Below, piece after piece: positions 62,447 through 64,000 of a stretch of 64,000 bases of DNA. Numbering within the stretch: position 1 is the first letter of the stretch; the number at the start of each line of letters is the position of its first letter. A program made the position numbers and the translations under genes. A model generated the notes under the pieces. The model was not told where the DNA came from. It saw only the letters and a list, made by a program, of their open reading frames with translations, and did no database searches. The DNA comes from Candidatus Krumholzibacteriota bacterium. GTDB taxonomy: Bacteria > Krumholzibacteriota > Krumholzibacteriia > JAJRXK01. The DNA lies in assembly GCA_963806035.1 (NCBI GenBank), contig CAWDWO010000032.1, forward strand, positions 33,243 through 97,242, given 5' to 3'.

Positions 62447-63622
62447 GTGTTGCGCCGCTACTTGACGGCGTGTGTCACGCTCCTATTGCTCCTACCGCTA
62501 GCACGAAGCGTCCACGCGCAACTCGTCGACTACATCAAACTGAAAGGGACCTACCAGGAGACGCTTGGTTCTGCCAACTCCCGGGATTTCTCCTTCGAGA
62601 ACTGGACCGGCGAAGAGGTTTGCGACTTCACCGTTTCCATCAAGAGCACCGATGGAACCGAGATCAGCGCGAAGATCAAAAGCGTTTCGATGAAGGACAA
62701 GGATTGGCGCTGTGATGATGACTTGAGCGGCACCATCGACGATAGTGAAACCGATACCGAAGATTCTTCTCCCGGACACACCTGTCGGATCAAGGAAAAC
62801 GATGGTTGCATCTCTCCGGTAGGCATGGGAATGCCCACAGCCGACGATCGCTACACCATGACGATCACTCTCGACTCGTTCCCGGATGGCGAATGGAAGC
62901 TCACCATCCAGCCGACTGATCGGAGCGGGAAAGCCATCGCGAGACCCTTGGCAAACACCAACGGAGGGGAAAGCAGCGGTAAGCTCGCGCCAGATTTCTA
63001 TGGCATCGGACTATACGAGATCACGATGGACGACGAGCCCGCGCTCATTGCCCCATACACCGGCATCTCGTTCAGCGACCTCAACATGAGTGGACAGGAT
63101 CTGAGCTCGATCTTTCTGCAGGGATCAAACTTCCTCATTCTCGATGCGATGCAATGTGATCCATTGGGGAATCCAATTCCCGGAGGGTTGTTCGATATCG
63201 CGACGGGTCAGCTCAATCTGCCTGCGCCGATTCCAGTTGGGGCGCCGTTTTATTTATCGGTAGTGCCGGATACTTACGTACCGGGGCCGATGAGGGTAAT
63301 GGCGAGCTTGCAGAACTATACCGATGCGCCCCCGGCCTTGAGCCGCGGAGAGTGGTTGCGCTCCGCGCACCCCAATCCCTTCAATCCGCGCACCACGATC
63401 GAGTACTCCCTGCCAGCAGCGATGTCGATGCGGCTGTCGATCGTGGATTCGAGCGGACGCGAGGTGCGTGTGCTGCACGATGGGATGGCGCCAGCCGGGG
63501 AGGGTTCCGTCAGCTGGGACGGCCGCGACGGGGCAGGGCGCAGGGTCGCGAGCGGGCTGTATCTGCTACAGCTGGCCGCGAGCCAACATCGTGAAACCCG
63601 CAAGCTGGCGCTGATCAAGTAA
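62447..63622 (+). CDS. Secreted protein with C-terminal FlgD Ig-like sorting domain
   Basis: Signal peptide (..SVHA/Q); C-terminal HPNPFNPRTTIEY...GREVRVL...WDGRD..GRRVASGLY...KLALIK. Confidence 0.85.
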   Translation: MLRRYLTACVTLLLLLPLARSVHAQLVDYIKLKGTYQETLGSANSRDFSFENWTGEEVCDFTVSIKSTDGTEISAKIKSVSMKDKDWRCDDDLSGTIDDSETDTEDSSPGHTCRIKENDGCISPVGMGMPTADDRYTMTITLDSFPDGEWKLTIQPTDRSGKAIARPLANTNGGESSGKLAPDFYGIGLYEITMDDEPALIAPYTGISFSDLNMSGQDLSSIFLQGSNFLILDAMQCDPLGNPIPGGLFDIATGQLNLPAPIPVGAPFYLSVVPDTYVPGPMRVMASLQNYTDAPPALSRGEWLRSAHPNPFNPRTTIEYSLPAAMSMRLSIVDSSGREVRVLHDGMAPAGEGSVSWDGRDGAGRRVASGLYLLQLAASQHRETRKLALIK

Positions 63623-63779
63623 GGATTTGCCAGGGAATCGGACAGGCTCCAGGGCCCCAAGAGGCTCGGGGGGAAGGATTTAGGCCACCGGGGACGGCCT
63701 GGCTTGACACGATTCGGCGGGATACCTATATGTATAGGCCCGCCGGGCGTGGGATTTGCAACGCCCGGCCACAGCTTGC

Positions 63780-63855
63780 TCCTCGGTAGCTCAATTGGTA
63801 GAGCATGCGGCTGTTAACCGCAGGGTTGCAGGTTCGAGTCCTGCCCGGGGAGCCA
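63780..63855 (+). tRNA. tRNA-Asn(GUU)
   Basis: TCCTCGG..TGCGG-CT-GTT-AA-CCGCA..GCAGG-TTCGAGT-CCTGC-CCGGGGA-G-CCA; TTGACA at 63704. Confidence 0.96.
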
Positions 63856-63860
63856 CTTAT

Positions 63861-63893
63861 CGAGGCCGCCTAATCTGGTGGCCTCGTTTTCTT
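63861..63893 (+). terminator. Intrinsic terminator after tRNA-Asn
   Basis: cgaggccgcc-taatct-ggtggcctcg followed by ttttctt. Confidence 0.8.
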
Positions 63894-64000
63894 AACGGAG
63901 GCCCTCCCGCTCACCGCAGGTGGGGCCTTTCGTTTGCCACATTCGGGCACGTTTCGAAGACTTGCGCAGCACGGCGTCTCTGTTTTGCTGAGAGTCACGA

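Noticed and set aside
63721..63737. Second copy of the GATACA-N6-TGTATC palindrome at the tRNA-Asn promoter
   Set aside because: Spacing and half-sites differ; it is more simply the -10 region following TTGACA.

Overview
High-GC bacterial chromosomal window, mostly housekeeping. The FlgD/secretion-type C-terminal 'PNPFNP' domains suggest an FCB-related candidate phylum such as Krumholzibacteria, Eisenbacteria or Latescibacteria (inference). Gene order: HD-GYP; cdaA-folP-ftsH-tilS-tRNA(CAU); ilvC-Yip1-MacA-like-2x ABC permease-lipoprotein-gltX-tRNA-Gln; an accessory block; glnS; tRNA-Glu; fusA with a RecA/KaiC-like ATPase; M48 protease-mqnE-DUF309-def-ferredoxin; thioredoxin; Rrf2-sufCBD-Rieske-sufS-sufU-DUF59; FHA-GAF-PP2C; ccmH-like; pilT; polX; a split-subunit Mrp Na+/H+ antiporter operon; ogt; putP; an HNH protein; a broken Nramp; a SnoaL protein; a secreted FlgD-tail protein; tRNA-Asn. 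The best candidate for a new system is the accessory block at 15.2-22.1 kb. It holds an ECF sigma factor, a single-pass anti-sigma-like protein, and an exported, membrane-anchored TPR-CHAT (caspase-like) protease. Beside these is a secreted gene pair: a small sorting-domain protein and a fibre carrying a phage-type S74 autocleaving chaperone. A 34-bp bipartite motif (22/34 identical, no gaps) occurs upstream of both the sigma gene and the fibre operon. Five copies of a TRTASCCGGSTAYA palindrome also lie upstream of the fibre operon. At least eight genes carry single-base frameshifts, most likely sequencing or assembly errors. No CRISPR array, rRNA, integrase or transposase was recognised.
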